Of a stretch of 64,000 nucleotides of DNA, positions 39,961 to 55,023 are shown piece after piece. Each line of letters opens with the position of its first letter. Position 1 is the first letter of the stretch. Under the pieces are notes generated by a model. That model saw only the letters and a program-made list of their open reading frames with translations. It did not search any database and was not told the DNA's origin. Source of the stretch: Podarcis gaigeae (taxonomy: Eukaryota); assembly GCA_964106915.2 (NCBI GenBank), contig OZ066914.1. One strand, written 5' to 3'. The position numbers and the translations under genes were made by a program.

Positions 39961-42900
39961 AAACAGAGGTGAATTACAGTGGGGCTGGGTGGAGTGCAAG
40001 CATAGCTCCCAAAGTGTCTGGAGAGCCAGATGAACTGCATCCAGCCCTCTGACCACAGGTTTCTTCACCCCGGGTTTAGAGTCTAGACACTTTGCTAACT
40101 TTTCTATTAGCACCCGTGGCAAAGCAGCTGCTTTATGATCCCATCACAAGGTTCTTCTCCCTGTGATCATTGTGAACCTGTGCCTGTTAATATCTGGCCT
40201 GCTTATATGCCATTTAGTACTTTTAAAACTCCATTTAGGAGGCCCACAATGTCACGTGTGATTGAAACACATATAACAACTAACATCTCAGCTTGTAGAA
40301 GCCTAAGCCAAGGGAAAGCTTGGACCATCTGGATTCCCTGTAAAGGCAGCTGCACCAGATGATTCAGTGGGCAAGGCAATTTTATTCCTCTCCCTGCTGT
40401 ATCTGCAATTAAAAGATAAGTAGGCAATGTTACCCGGAAGAGGATTGGTTGCCTCCTTCTCCTCATGTCACTGATGTCACAGCACACTGTGATTGACCAA
40501 ATATGCTGAGAATTTTACCCAGGTTGGGAGGGGGAGAGATGAGACTGGTGTGGGTGGCCATTTGCTACCCTTTGCTATGGCATTAAAAATAAGTTTGCAG
40601 CCCTGGTGTGAAAATACCAATTGACTCATTTGCTTGCAGCAGTGTGTTTATAGTAGATCCAAGCATCTTTTCCACAAGCTTAAACATGTAGCAGGAAGAT
40701 ATCACGTAGTCCATGTCCCCTACCCCACTCCTCTGAGTGGGATGCTTAAAAGACTAAGAAAATACTGAATCAAGTGAGCTACTTGGGGACTATGTCTGAG
40801 GAGTTAGTGAAGCAAGTTGTTAATCAGAAGAGCATTTGGATGTTATGTAAATTACCAGAAGGTGGCCCTAAAGCTTTATGTTAAGAGTTCAAAAGAATTT
40901 TCATAGTGTAATTTATGTTCCTTCAACTCCTCATTCAGCAGAGTGAACTGAATACAAATTACTTCTTAGGTTTTATGAGATGTTTCAAGCCAAGCTTACC
41001 AAAGTTAACTAAACTACCTCCTAACAGGCATGGTAAAAAACTGAACCAAAATACAGACATGTGACACAGCGAACATCCCAAAAAAGTAGGCCAAGTTGTG
41101 TGATTAAAGTAATACCATAATTTCTCAGGGCACCATCTGAAGAAAATGCGAGGAAATTAAAGAACTGCAAGAAAACTCAAGGAGTTGAAACAGGAGTGTG
41201 GCATTCAGTTATGGGAATATCTGTAAAATAAATACATATATTTTTGACTCCAGCAGCAATCACCACCATACCTTATGCATCCTCATCACATTTGAATTGG
41301 CTGGGTTCTTTGTTTAATATGTCACCTGAATTTCTTTTTATGGACATGAGAATGTCCGTAAAAAATAAAAGAAGAAAGCAAGAAAATGCAACCAGGTAAA
41401 ATCAGTAAGACTAATTTGCATGTAATTGATTTAAATGGGGCTAAAGCATGGCTACCTTTGCTTGGCATTAGACGGCCACATTTGCTAACTGTGAAGTGTA
41501 CATTCTAGGATATTAATCTGATAGTGTTACTTTTTCAATAAAACCATATTTCAGTTTGCTAAAGTGCTAGTTCTAATACTCTCATTGAAACAGCAACAGA
41601 TACTGAAATTTCAGGACAGAGAACTCTCAGCATTGTTAAGTTTCCCAATGAAAGGATAAGCTTTGATCAGTCTAATGATATGCATATACATTTAGTAGTT
41701 TGCATGATACATAGAAGCATTGTGGCATATTTTTCCATGTAGATTACCAACAATTGATTCATTAAAGATAAGAAAGAGCTTTGAGGCAGTTATTGAATTT
41801 GTGATAAGGGGAGGGAAAAGCAGCAGAGCAGGTTCTCATAAACTTCCACCTTTTAAACTTAGGAACTGTAAATTTATCAGATATATTTCTGAAGTGCCTT
41901 TTCAATGAGGGCCTAAACTAATAGACTTAAGGTTTAATCATTACACTTCAGGGAAATAATAAATAGATACCGAAACAACTGTAGCTTTTAACATCTTCCT
42001 TTTATGTTCTACTTTGTACAAAAACTTCATTTTTAATGTTAGCAATGGTATGGCTGCATTGTACATACTAACCATTCTAGACAAAATCTAGCTTTGAAAG
42101 ATCATGATCAAAGAAGGATTTTCCCTAGGTTAAATGTATGAAATGTAGTTAATACTTACTTGCAGACTAAAACTCTGCTGAGTAGTTTAATAGTATTTTA
42201 GCAACATGGGAATTTCTTTAGTTTTTTTTTTAACCTTATCTGCTTGTCTTGTCTGCTTTCTTCCTACCTCTCCTTTGACTTTCTTATTTAAAAGAAACGC
42301 AAAATAAATACAGTACCGCTCTAATGCCTCCCATGAAGTAACAATGACCTAGTTGAAAGCCACCCATTGATACTACACCTTAAGCAGATATCTGTTGGAT
42401 GCCAACGTAATCCCTATGCATTAGATGGTTACAAATTTACTTTTATTATAGTTGGGCAAATGCAGATCTTGATTGAAAACTTATATAGCTGAAGGGTTAA
42501 AAGACTGACATTCATATTCCTGCTGATACTCAGAATCAAACCCATTATGCCAATATTTCATGACAATTGTACATGAATACTTCTGGTCATGACCTACATA
42601 AGAAGTTTATTTTATTTAAAATTGTGTGATGGAATTATGGAAGTCACATGAAGGAACTCTCTTTTGGCTGAAATTTGTAAAATGGGAAGCAGCCATTATG
42701 ACCGTGTGATTTCTGCAAGGTATCTGTTTAGGTTTTCACTTGCCACTTATTCTTCAGTACTTGTGTTGGTCAGCATACTTTGGTATTGTGTTAAGGCTGC
42801 GTGTCAGGCATGCATTGTGGCTACACTGTGCATCAGTGCTTAACTTTTGAGTTTGATGGACTCCATAACATTTTATTTCTTACATCCTTGTTTCTAATCA

Positions 42901-43042
42901 TACATTGGAAGTGCTGTGAATGATGGCAAGTATTCCACCATGACCCCCTTATTAGACACGGTAGTTTCATTGGTGATGGTGATAACCCAGGAATGAATTC
43001 AATGGGAAGTGAAACTGCTGGTGTGAACTGAAGTGAGGGGAA

Positions 43043-43230
43043 GGGAAGGGCCATGGCACAGTATGGTGTGCATGCAGAGGGTCCCTTGTGCAATCCTTGG
43101 CATCTTCAGGTAGGGCCGGGAATGTCCTCCCTCTGAAACCCGGAAGGGGGTGGGGGCTACTGCCTGCAGACAGTACTGAGTTAGCTGGACCAGTTGACTC
43201 AGTATAAAGCAGCTGCCTTTGTTCCTATGA
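43043..43230 (+). mobile_element. tRNA-derived SINE (Squam2-like), diverged
   Basis: gggaagggccatggcacag...gcatgcagagggtccc...ctcagtataaagcagctgcctttgttcctatg. Confidence 0.65.
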
Positions 43231-46200
43231 CACAGTGGAGACACCACTGGTTTTTTTTTACTTACCACTAGTGATGCAAGACTGTTTGGAAATGGAAACT
43301 CTTGTCTGCATCCCACAGCAGTTACCCTGCCAACAGTACTCAATCTAGTAATGTATGCTTGCAACTTTCCCCATGGTGATAAATGTATTATTCCCTGGGC
43401 ACTGCAAATACCTTTGTACCCCAAGGGAAGGCAGAAGCAAGGGAGCCCAGGCCAGGGACTGCAGGTTGCATTAACTCCCAGCTGACATAGGAGGATTCCG
43501 TCTGTCTTGGTTTTATAGAATGTATTTGTTTTAGGGCTTAATTTTAAACTGCCTTAGGTGCCTTGACAGAGAGGAAGCATACAAAACAAGCAAATAATGG
43601 TGATAGTGAATCATTATTACCTAACATTTTACTTGATGGTTTTGTGTTTGGATGGGAAACCAAATCAGGACCTTCTTTCAAACACCAGCATGTTTAAGTT
43701 TATTATAACTTTGTGAAATACTCATTGGGAATCATATTAAAATCATTATTATCTTAGTTGAAACCATGCATCTACAATATAGCAAATGTACCATACTAAT
43801 GCCAGCACTAGATGTGGGCAGGTGAACTATAAAACATTGTATGCACGGGGTGTTAACAAATCCTTAATAGAGTCATGTCATTGTATTTTCCTTTCTGCAA
43901 TACTAGGCCGGATTGCATATATATGCATACAGATAGAGATAGAGACTTGTAGTAATAAAATTGAGCCACAGGTTTTCTGTATCATGAAGTACTGTCCTTA
44001 TACATACCATTTTTCTTTCTAGTCCCCATTCCCCACTTCCTCCATGCATGCAAAAAATTGGAATTAAAACTTGTGAATAGAGAAATGTGCCATATATTTT
44101 TTTTTCACGTAAATAAAACTTGAAAGTGATTTTAGGTATGACAGCATATATTATAATTTTATACATAGGTATTAGAGAATACAAAACACATTCCACTGTA
44201 AACTTTAAAGAATATTTAATAAGTTTTTAAAAAATAATGTATAGCTTTCCCCCCTTCCTATGAGGTGCATGAAAATATACCATTCCTTTTTGTTGCAGCA
44301 AGACTATCCAAGAAACCCAAGGAAAGCTACAATGATCAGGAACAGGTAACACTGGAAAGAATTTATATTCAAAATGGAACCTGAAATGAAATAAAGCTAC
44401 ATACGAGTTGAAAATGTTTTGCAAAATGGAGGGCAACATTTACAAAAGTGTTGGGCGTAGGCTCCAATGAGCTCAAATCTCTCACATCATCAATAGGACA
44501 CATGGGCCTCTTTGCACATTACATTTCCAGGTATCCACCTGAGATATTTTAAGTGCACATCTAAAATGCAAAAACAGGGGTTGCTGTAATTTTCTGGGCT
44601 AAACCGGCTGAGACCAGGAGCCACATGCATCTTTTGCCTGCCCCCCACCCCACCCCCCTTTTCTAAAAAAGCAAAGGAGCCTCAAGAGACTATGAGTTTG
44701 AATGGAAGAATAGCTGGGAGGAGGGGGTCTTCCTCAAGCAGCTTTTTTTCTGCTTGGTCTTGGCTCTTCAAGGTGCTTTTCTTTCCATAATAGTAAATCC
44801 ATAGTTTTGTCTGTGAGACAAAGAGCAGGTGAGGAACGGCAATTCTGAGAGAAACAACATGACTGGGGAGGAAAGGGTTAACAGATCCTTTCCATCTTCT
44901 ACCCCACTCTTTCTCTGCTATTCTTTCTTTTTAAGGTAGGGGAAAATGCATGTGCCATTGTTTGATGTCTAGCCTAGATGTTTTGCCAGTGTACACTCAA
45001 GTTTCAAGTGTACTCAGTGTACACTCAAGCTCTGCCCCACTTGTTTTGCAAAATGGCCTCCAAGTGTCTAAGGCTACTCCTCTGCCCTGTTACTTGGGAG
45101 TAAGCCCCCCCCCCTTCATTTTTGTGCCATAGTTAGAGCACAACCTTGTGAGCCAAGGGTGACAGCAGTACTTTTTTCACCTGCAGAATCCTGTCCTGTT
45201 ATATACAGAAAGCTTTAACCGCAACAGGCCTCTGCCCGAGAACCTCTGAGACAACATTGCACTATCTTCCTAATAAGCCTCTTCCTATTTATAAGGTGCA
45301 TATCCATCCATAGCATGTATGGCAAATTCACTTTTGTTGCTGTGGCCAAACAGCAGTACAATTAAAAGAAAAGATGAAATAAGTGTCATAGATCTATTTA
45401 TAGATCAGTAATCGATCAGTAATTCTGTGTGGTAGGGTACTCCTTCTCCCCCCGCCCCCCGGACAGTTAACAAAACTGGGCAGCTATCAATAGTTATTTT
45501 TACAGTATATTTAAAGCACACACTGCATCAGGTATATTCATAGTAGACACAAGACAACACAGTCCCAACAAATGATAGACGGAAATGTAAACCCACATCC
45601 TAATTTGCATTGACTTTGATAGGATTACAATAAGGCCTTGGGCCATAAACAAGAAATGAAGCACCAAGGACTCAAACCCATATATTTAGGGGCAGGCTCA
45701 ACACCTGAACCCTAAATGGCTTTGGTCATGTTGTACATTTAAAAGCCCTGTGCTTATCATGACATAGAAAAACAGCGGCACTGGCTTCTTTCATGCTGCT
45801 CTGAATGCGTGCCTGGCTAACAAACTAGTTGTGTGGGGCATGTGCACAGGGGAAGTTGTTAAAAAATCTTTTGTGGGTGTTGCTTATTGTGGATTCAGGA
45901 GCAAGGGAGTGGCTTAGTCAGAAGTGAACTCCTCTTCCTCATCTCAAAAAAATGGAGGACTAGAGTGGCTGGCTAATAGAACACAGCAGGTGAGGGATTA
46001 TGGCAAGAGTTGGTTGCAGGATGTGTAAGCTGTGGCTTAGCTGCAGATTCCTCCCTTTGATGGCTGGTGTTGGATGAAATCCTTTCCCCTCGAACTGCAT
46101 TGTTTCTGGCATTACATGCAGCCACTGTTTACCTTAGCACCAAGGTTGGCAGTGTTGTGTCCAGAAAGCTGCTTCTAAACAGATGATTTCACAACTGGGC

Positions 46201-48002
46201 TCAACCTTCAACTGGTCAGTTTTAGTTCCTTTGGTTTTAAAGTGAAATACACTGTGTGGGTTTGCATGCTCTGGAACATATCTCATCAGCAGCTTGGAAA
46301 CAAGTCCATTGGTTGCACACAATAGGACAAGGATGTGTGCATTTGTAACTCTGACTTCTCTATTCATTTCATATGGCCTAGCAGAGGACCCCTTTAAGCT
46401 TTATACCAAAGGGCATCAGAATCCACTCTGGACAAGATAATGAGTTTTGCTGACAGATCGCTGCTGCTTAAATGTAGCACGGTCCTATGGATATTGCTGT
46501 TTGCGTGGTTTGTTGCTGGTAGAGAAATGGCAATCCCTGCATCTCTGTGATAGATGGCAAGGATTCACTGGAAAGAGCAGCAGGGCTGCTCATCTAAATT
46601 TCCACATGGCACACTGGTACTGCAGCATCCATTCAGCAGAACTGCAGTTTCCAGAGAGAGCACCAAAAATGCAACTTTTTTTTCTTCCCCCCAATAGTAG
46701 TTCCCTCCTCTTTGGAGGCAATGCTATGAAAGGATTGATTTAAGACCTCTTGTGGGAACATCCTGTCCCATTCACCTCTACAGCACAACTTCTGTGCTTT
46801 TATCCGCTGAGCCACCAGGACTGCTGTGTTAATTTTTAATGATGGGGACCTCCATAAATAGATTTCATCTGTCTTTAATCTTTTTGGAACCAATGTTTTA
46901 TTAATGTATTCCATCACTCCATTATTCTGCAAATCCACAAGCTATCAATAGGCATGCTTGTGAATACAACAGCGGTAATGAACCATGACAACAACTAACA
47001 GCACGGGAACTCCCAAGTTGCAATCTGTTCATATGTAAGAAAAAGGTGGGGAAAGGAAGCAGATGCCAGAGAGAGAGATGCTATTGCTTGAGGACATCAT
47101 TATTAAAAGCTTGCACAAGTTACACTAAGGATGAGGGGTAGTGAGAACGATTCGGATGCATGGTGGGAAATTTACTTCCTAGTTTTTATTGTACACTTTG
47201 TTTGTTTCCCATAGCTGCCTGCTACTCAACTTGCCTCTGGTTCTTTGCTCATATGGCAGGATATACTTTCATCTTTGATGCAAAAGATTATAGACCATGG
47301 GCCCTTAAACCCACATCTGCAGTTCATGTATAATTGTGCTATAGCCTAACTGTGATGTCAGCAATAGCTGAAGGCTCTAGACTCTCTCAATATTGCCGTT
47401 ATGTTTCCAGATCTTCACAAAATGTCATAGTTCTTGGGTGGGTGCTGAGACTACATGCTTCCCCCCTCCCAAATCTTATGTGGTGTCCAAGACTCTTAGT
47501 AGAAGGCAACCTTTCTATGTTCCTGAGTGTCAGACCATTGACCCATCTAGTGCACTACTGTCTTGGTGGAAGCTCTCCAGAATTCAGATGGTTTTCTGCG
47601 AGTCCTACCTGTGATACATAAACTCTTGACTTTTAACACCCAATGGCATATTTAGCTTTTTATATTTTATTAACTCTACTGAGTGACTCTTTGCAGCCAA
47701 AGGGTTGCTCAAAAGAAAAGATTTAAAGCTATGATATCACTTGAGCTTAACTCCTCTGATGAGATTTTTCCAGATTTATAAATAGTGGTAATTAATTTGC
47801 ATATTCCTATATGCTCCAATCCAGGACTGCATATTAACAGGCAGAATGGCAAGCACAAAGGAGCAGCTGAATCTGAAGGTGGGGAGAATGGGAAGGGCAG
47901 GTTAACTCCCCTCAGCTGTTCAAGGGGGAGAAAATCAGGAAGGGTAACTGTACGTGTAATGGCTCCCTAGCTTGTAAAAATAGGGTTTACATGCTGGCTT
48001 TG

Positions 48003-48070
48003 TTGTGTCACATGTTAATATGTTAATATGTTGTGTCACATGTTAATATGCTTGTGTCACATGTTAATAT
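48003..48070. repeat. Short tandem repeat, about 3 copies of ttgtgtcacatgttaatatg
   Basis: Directly visible. Confidence 0.85.
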
Positions 48071-48203
48071 GTTCTTTTTAATGGCCAGCTGAACTGATCA
48101 CTATCTTTTTTTGCTCACAGATTACACACTGCAGTTTGCCAGCATAAGAGAGGACCTGACATGCCACACTAGCACCTAGGTCTGCATGTTTGCTGGTAAG
48201 AAG

Positions 48204-48665
48204 GTAAGAGAATATTCTTATGAGTTTGGGAGGATGGGGGAAGAAAGTAGGCTCTGTGCGAGATCCTTCAACCCCCTGGATCCAGGCTAGCTTCCCATCT
48301 TGAGGTGCTCGCCTAGGTGATGGACCGTTAAGAGGTATGCAAGATGACAAATAGATGGAGCGCCTCTCTCAGTTCACTGTTAGTTAGAAGGACAAAGCCA
48401 GAGTTTAGAGTTAAAAGTGGGAGTGATATGACCTAGAAGTGAAGCAGCAAGCTGCAGAGAGAGGGAGAGCAATGTTTCAATCCAAAGCTGTGGCTATGGG
48501 AGAAACATAGACCCTGTTGGGATGTTAATGCTGTGAGCCCCTCCATCATAGGCTCAGGCTACATATATGTGTTAATAAACCATATATCATAAAGACACCA
48601 CAGTCTCTGTTGTGCCACTGCCTGGAATCTTGCAATGCTCAGAGATTGAGGGGTGGCGTGCAGCA
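48204..48665 (+). mobile_element. Possible solo LTR
   Basis: A ~460-bp block with an internal AATAAA (gttaataaaccatatatc) and a CA end. No clear TSD or TG start. Confidence 0.3.
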
Positions 48666-49915
48666 AAATTCTGGCTCTATAGCCTATACTATAGCAGGCA
48701 AAAGCCTATAGGGATGTACAAGAAGCTTGCAAAAGAAACAGAGAAATGCCTATGTAAAGTTTCACCTCTTTTTTGGCAATTCAAAGCCATTACTAGGGCT
48801 ACCTATGTTAGTAGGAAAATTATGCAAATGTCCTTACTCTTCCTAGAGATAATTTGATTTAGTTCTTTTAATAGAGGTACAAGGTCAAAAAACCCCAACT
48901 CAAACAAGTGTATATTAATGGATTGTTCTGATGCCTGGTAAGCCTAGCCTAGTTGAAGATGAAATTAGTAGGGAGCAAATTAATGAAATGGCATATTAGT
49001 GACAAGTCGCTTAAAGTTCTTTGTTGTACTTCAAGCCTGGAAATGAGAAACACAATGTAAGTTGAAACTGGAATGACATTTAAAAGAAAATCCAGAGGAC
49101 AGTGACAGAAAGACAACTCCTTGCTTCTTGCTGTGTTTTCCAATGGCCAAAATGTCCTTTCCAAGAAATAATCATCTACTATTTCCTTTTGAATGAATGC
49201 ATGGTCCCATTGAATATAGAACAGGATAGAACCCTTCCCTACTTATTTAGGCAGCAGCTAGACTACTTTTCTTTATACTGCTCAGAGTGTATGAATCCAC
49301 ATATGTTGTATAAATTTTCACACATCATGTGTGTACCACTAGTGATTTAGTCTGCAAGACAGGACCCAATTTCTGCTTACAAATCACCTACAATGTAGGC
49401 TAGGGTAGATCCTGTCTGAGCTGACTTCAGAGGCCACAAAACTGAAACCACTTCCTTAAGTAGAAAAGTTTCCTGGAGCCATTTCCCTCCACGGTAAAAT
49501 CTGGAGTTCAGAAGCATACTTCTTGGATCCGCCACACTGGCTGTTGTTAAAGACAAACTCCAGTTAAATGGAACCTCCACATCCTCTGCACTTGCATTGC
49601 TACAACTTGATTCTCTATTTCCATGCAGGAAAACTTCTATTTGCCAGCAGCCTCCAGGAAAATGAAAGCAGCAGCCTCTTCCCACTTGCCAGTCTGTGCA
49701 AAAGGGGAACAATTTTTCTTTCTTGTTACTTAGTAGTTTCCTTTGTCCAAGCAAGTCTGAGTTCCGATGGTGACAAACTAAGGTGAGTCACAAAATTTCC
49801 AGAGAAGATTATACACAGTTTATTTTACATAGAAAAAAAAGTATGAGCATGAAGAAGAGTCCTCTTTTGTCTTGTAGAGAGGTGAGCCATGGCTGACAGA
49901 CGTTGACTATGATTT

Positions 49916-49984
49916 CTATGCACAGTAGGTATCTGCCTTGACAACCTGACAGTACATGGTCATTGCAAATGTCAGTCCAAGAAT
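49916..49984 (-). CDS. TSPAN4: TSPAN4 terminal coding exon: ILGLTFAMTMYCQVVKADTYCA*
   Basis: Translated by hand. Acceptor ttttgtacctacag and TAG stop at 49918-49916. Matches the recalled TSPAN4 C-terminus. Confidence 0.95.
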   Translation of the reverse strand: MLGLTFAMTMYCQVVKADTYCA

Positions 49985-51086
49985 CTGTAGGTACAAAAGG
50001 CATATCAATATTAAACGACATGCAACTCAACAGTGGTCTATTACCTATATTTCAATGTGTATCTTTTAGTGTTGACTCTTGGCACATAATATGTTTAACA
50101 TGGGGAATACTACGTAGTAACTTAAGAAAAGCTTCCAAGGGCCCTATAAACAATGCCAGCACCAAACAAAATGGCATTCCGGAATGTGCTTGGCTTATGG
50201 CCACATGAAACACTCCAAAAAGGTAGAGCTGTTGATTCTTTTAGGAGGGCATTCTTGTCCAAGGGCATGGAGACATATGTCGCTAGACTGCAACTGCCAT
50301 CATTTCCGATTACTGGCTAGGATGAATGGGAGCTAAAGTCCAACAACATTTGGATGGTCACAACTTGCCCCACCTCCTGTCCTAGGGATCCCAGTGTCCA
50401 ATAGGGAAAGAGGTGCTGTTCAGTGCACTTGCTTGTAGACAAATTAATCTAGAATCATGGTGAGCTAAAAGGAGACAGCAGCTGCTCACAAATTCTCCCC
50501 ACTGACATGAATGGGAGCTTCAGAGCTCATGCCGGAAAAGCAGCATAAACATCATTCATGTTAATAGAAGATAAGCAAACTAACCATGTAATTTGCAGGA
50601 TTAAAGGCTGCCCTTAAGAGATGCAAGACATTAGTCCTACTCCCGGAAGGGGAATTGTGTCTCCTGGCAGCATCCCCAACCAACATCACAGTCCCTGCCA
50701 GCCTTGTTAACAAGGAAATTCTCTCTTTCCAGGTTCCTGCAATCTATGGTTAGATGCTGAGTACAGACCCAGGAGGTGCAGTCCCCTTCCACACATTAGT
50801 TTCCATGGGTTCCCCAAGGCGATGGAAGGGGAGTGCAGCAGTGAAGGGAAAGTCATCGAAATAGGCCTCCAAATTTAATGGCGAACAGCAGTTGGAGAGA
50901 CATGTCTTTCTCTCACACACACGTGTACAATTTTTGCTGGAGGAGCCCTCCTATTATGGGTCTGACAGTCAATATTGGACTAATACGTCTGTGAGAGAAA
51001 GAAAAGCTGAAAGACATTTAAATCCTTCACTGCCCTTGCATGTAGAAACCAACAGAAAGCACCCCAGCAATAAGTTAAAATTTTAC

Positions 51087-51170
51087 CTGAACCAAAGCTG
51101 TACACAGTCCAAAAATTCCCACAGCTAACAGGTTTTCCTGGAGCCATATTTTCACTGTTTCATAACAAGG
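51087..51170 (-). CDS. TSPAN4: TSPAN4 coding exon (end of EC2, start of TM4): PCYETVKIWLQENLLAVGIFGLCTALVQ
   Basis: Translated by hand on the minus strand (not in the ORF track). Acceptor ctctcttttaaag and donor GTAAAA. 84 nt, in frame with its neighbours. Confidence 0.95.
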
Positions 51171-52351
51171 CTTTAAAAGAGAGAGAGGGGGGAAAAAAAT
51201 AAAGACCATGAGAATGCTTATTTACTGAGAAACATGAATTTTTGGTGTGTGGGGAGTCAAAAGACACAAGTAGCAATGACAAGACTGACATTTCAAGATT
51301 ACGCAGTTTGCTCTATTTCAGCATTCACTGGAAGTGCAATACCCCGGGGGTAGGAGGCTCGCTTACAATGAAGTGTGGTGTTAAGGGTTCAAACATTATA
51401 CATCTGAAGAAGACATGGATGCATGCTGCGTGCAAGATGCAGTAATAAGGAGCGAGTTCTTTCGAACCCCCGCTTTACCCAATGTGAGTCAAATACCTAC
51501 ATTTCTAAATTCAACTGTAAACCTTTCTACTTCAAACACAGGCACAATGGCAGGTTGTGCAAAGGCAACTATAAGGCAATTACTTCTCAAATAAAAATAT
51601 TTCTATTGATACAGCAGCTTGTATTGGCTTCATAGCAACTGTACAGAGATAACATTACATTACATTTGGTGATCCCCTGGCTCTGTGTTTGGTATATCAA
51701 ACATGAGTGCTAATAGGTTGCATAGTAGGATCTGTTGAACCAGCACATAAATAAAATAGTTATTACCTGTCCTTTCTGTAACAATGGGTTTGGATCATTG
51801 GAAAAGCCCTGTGACATAAACTGGGGAAGACACTAGCTTATGATCACCCAGCAAGCTTCTTGGCTGAGCATAGTTTTTTGGCATTGTCCTTCCAAATACA
51901 ACACTCTTATCTATAACCTGTACTCCTAGTTGGGTGCCATAATACACTGGTCCTGCAGAAATATTTCCTAGAAAATATATTGTGGGGGGTTTTCCTTTGT
52001 AGGCTAGTGCACACCCATAATGGAAACCTGCATGTGTTGACTTTACCACCAGAACTTGTTCTGCAATGGCCACTTAGATCTTACGCTAACAACACACTCT
52101 AGCCTTAAGCTCGTGCTCTTTCTCTGTTTGTGCTTTAAGGTGAGCTGTTTATTTTACATCTTGTCAGCAAAGACTTTTCTTTGTTGTTCATCAAATAATC
52201 ATACAAATTCATGTGTCATTGCAGCCTTTTTGACACATGCTAGATCATGAAACAACAGTATCTGGCAACTATGCAAGCCCAAGCCCCTTTTCCTTTTACA
52301 ATTCTAGGTCAGCTTGGTTAAAATAAGAATTAAGTTTTGACAGCTACTCAC

Positions 52352-52483
52352 AGCTTTCCACCAGGTCCCTGGGGAATGAAGACCACAGTTTTCACTGAAT
52401 TCCAAGCAGCATGAATCTGGCACTCGTGTGGTATTGTACACTTCAAACCAGTCGGTGAAGTTTGACACTCCACAGCATCTGAA
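52352..52483 (-). CDS. TSPAN4: TSPAN4 coding exon with the tetraspanin CCG motif: FRCCGVSNFTDWFEVYNTTRVPDSCCLEFSENCGLHSPGTWWKA
   Basis: Acceptor tctttcttttcag and donor GTGAGT. 132 nt. Has the CCG and PxSCC motifs and two N-glycosylation sequons (NFT, NTT). Confidence 0.96.
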
Positions 52484-55023
52484 CTGAAAAGAAAGAAAGA
52501 GGGGAAAGCCCATTGGACAAGGAGGACATGCAAGGGCTTAGAGGCCACAAGGACACTGGCAAATCAGATGGGGAACCAATGGACTTCAATAGGTATCCCG
52601 TCATCATAGAATATTCAGTGCAATTCTCTTGCAGCACTTTCTTAATTTCTTATTAAAATATTGACTTGTTTTAATTTTATAAAATTTTGTAATTGACCTT
52701 AGAATTCTAAGGTCTCCCAAAAGGTCCCCTAGCATTTAGAAACCTTGTCTATGGCAGTTAAGCTAGTGGCAGCCAGAAGCGTCCCCATGTCTTCCCAGGT
52801 CCACTGTGACATCAAAGCATGTCACTCACTCTGATCTTATCATAGGGGTCAGGTGGGTGACTGAACTATTTACTTCCAGATATGCACCTCCTCGTCAGAT
52901 AGTTGGTGGGTTCAACCACTGCAAAAAAGGGGCAAGAAAAAGAAGCCTGCCTACATCAGGAGTTGTAGAAGTAGCACTGCCAGAATCCTAATAGTTCTGA
53001 ATTGCTCTTTTCACTGCCCTTGGAGATTCAGGGGAGGAAACATTCCCACCAGAGGGTGGAGAATCCAGTCCACACTGCACAGAACCACTAAGTTAACCCT
53101 ATGTTAGGTATAAATGAAAGCCCAAGAAAGCGTTATTGGTTGAGATCTGTGCATTTCATAAGAAAAATGAGAAAAGAACTAACATTTATGTCAATGTGAT
53201 AGTGGTGGTAGAGGAAACCCAGCAGAAAAACTATTTCTTTTCTTAATTTCTTCTGCTTGGTATTTAATAATAAAAAACCCATGACTCAGCAAATGGATTG
53301 TCATCAAACGCTGGATTGCCAGCACACCAAAGCGCAATGATATTATTTTTCAAGTATGCTATTATCACTAGAAAAAAATAAAGAACAGCAAATGAAATGG
53401 TTACAGCAATGAAACCATTTTTGTAAAGATGAGTGGCTTCAGAGTTGCATATACTCTGCCTTGAAATTGTCTTTGACAGTTAGTAATAGAGATATTCATG
53501 ATCTGGGAGCTGAGATTGCAGCCAGCAAACTTTTCTCCAAGTAGCAGAGTACTAAACTTTGATTTGTATCTCTCCCATTGTACCTTCCCAGCATGTGGAT
53601 GAGCATTTTAGTGCCTCGTGAAGGTGAGTGATTTACAGTTCTGGCTAAGCAGGCAAAATGTTCGCTGGAGGAGTTCAGGCTTCTCTCACACACTCCAGTC
53701 TGCAAACCTGAAATACAGCCTACAGCACTGTGCAGCCTGGGCACGTGAATTCATTCACCATTCTGAGATATTCCTGCTGTGGCTTCAAATAGTCTTCATC
53801 TAACTTGCGGTATCCATGAAACCTGAAGGCTCACAGGCAGGACGTGGTGAGAGGCCTTAGAGGCTCATGGAGGAGTGGAGGGAGTGAACTCCACTTCACT
53901 CGCAACCACAATGGGGTGTGAGTAAGGGGAGTGTTTTTCTCGTTGGGGGGGAACTAACTGTAGCTTATTCTGAAAGCATTGGAGGTCAGTGGCAGGCAAG
54001 GGAACACTCATCACTACTTGGGATGTGACAATTCTGAACTAAAAAAAGCTTGGTTGGATACTTGAACTTCAAAGTATCCCAGTACCATCTTGTGGAACAA
54101 TAAAAGGAAAGGTGTGGTATACCAACTATGATCAAAATTATTCTTAACTATGTTGTCCACACAGGAAAAAAGAAGGGTGGTGGTGCTAAGCAGATTCATG
54201 ATAGTCTCTCGTCCCTAGCAATTGGGAGATTTGCTGCTGTGCCTTCTTGCCTCTCAAATCCCTCCGGATAAAATCTTCTAAGGTGGATGCTTATTTACTA
54301 CTTTGTAAAGGATCAAGTCTATTGCACTAACAGAGAAATCCAATATAATTTACAGTATTTCAAAACTGGGCTCTTGTTTTTGTTTTCAGAATTAGTTTCT
54401 TGAGTAATTGAATGTCTTATTACAACCACCATATATTTTAAAGGGGTTCCATATTCTGGCCCCCCATGGGCTATGCTGAATAGGTTATTGATTTTTTTTG
54501 CACTACCTTTCTTGAAATTGGATTAATATATACTCCCTGCAATAACTCCTTTAGTTCCTTGCTCTTCCAGAGTTCCTAAAATTAATAGCATTTCCCATTT
54601 GTGCAAAGCAATATGTCACAGCAATATAGGATTGGGAATGCACATCCATGAAAATGTATAAGAGGAATCTTGGCAGACAATGTAGCTACTCAAGATAGAA
54701 AGAGAACAAGCCACTGGGATTATGACAAACCTCTCCTATTGTGTTGAGTACAAAAGGAATATTTAAACACAAGGATTCCCAGTGATTAATTGCAGTAAAT
54801 CTGGAGCAATTACTCACATCAAGGGAAGGCACAGAGCACATCAGACAGCCTAAAAACTGCAGTGCATATTGAAATACTATTTTAGTATTTTTATTATGGA
54901 TTAACACATTCAGATTGTTTTATTTTATGTATTGGGTTTTAGTGTCATAGAACTTTAGAATTGAATGGGACATCAAGTGCAATCTAGTCCAACTTCCTGC
55001 AATGCAGGCATCCCAGTTCAGTA

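Noticed and set aside
48003-48070. Short repeats considered as a CRISPR-like array
   Set aside because: Head-to-tail tandem units with no unique spacers, in vertebrate DNA.
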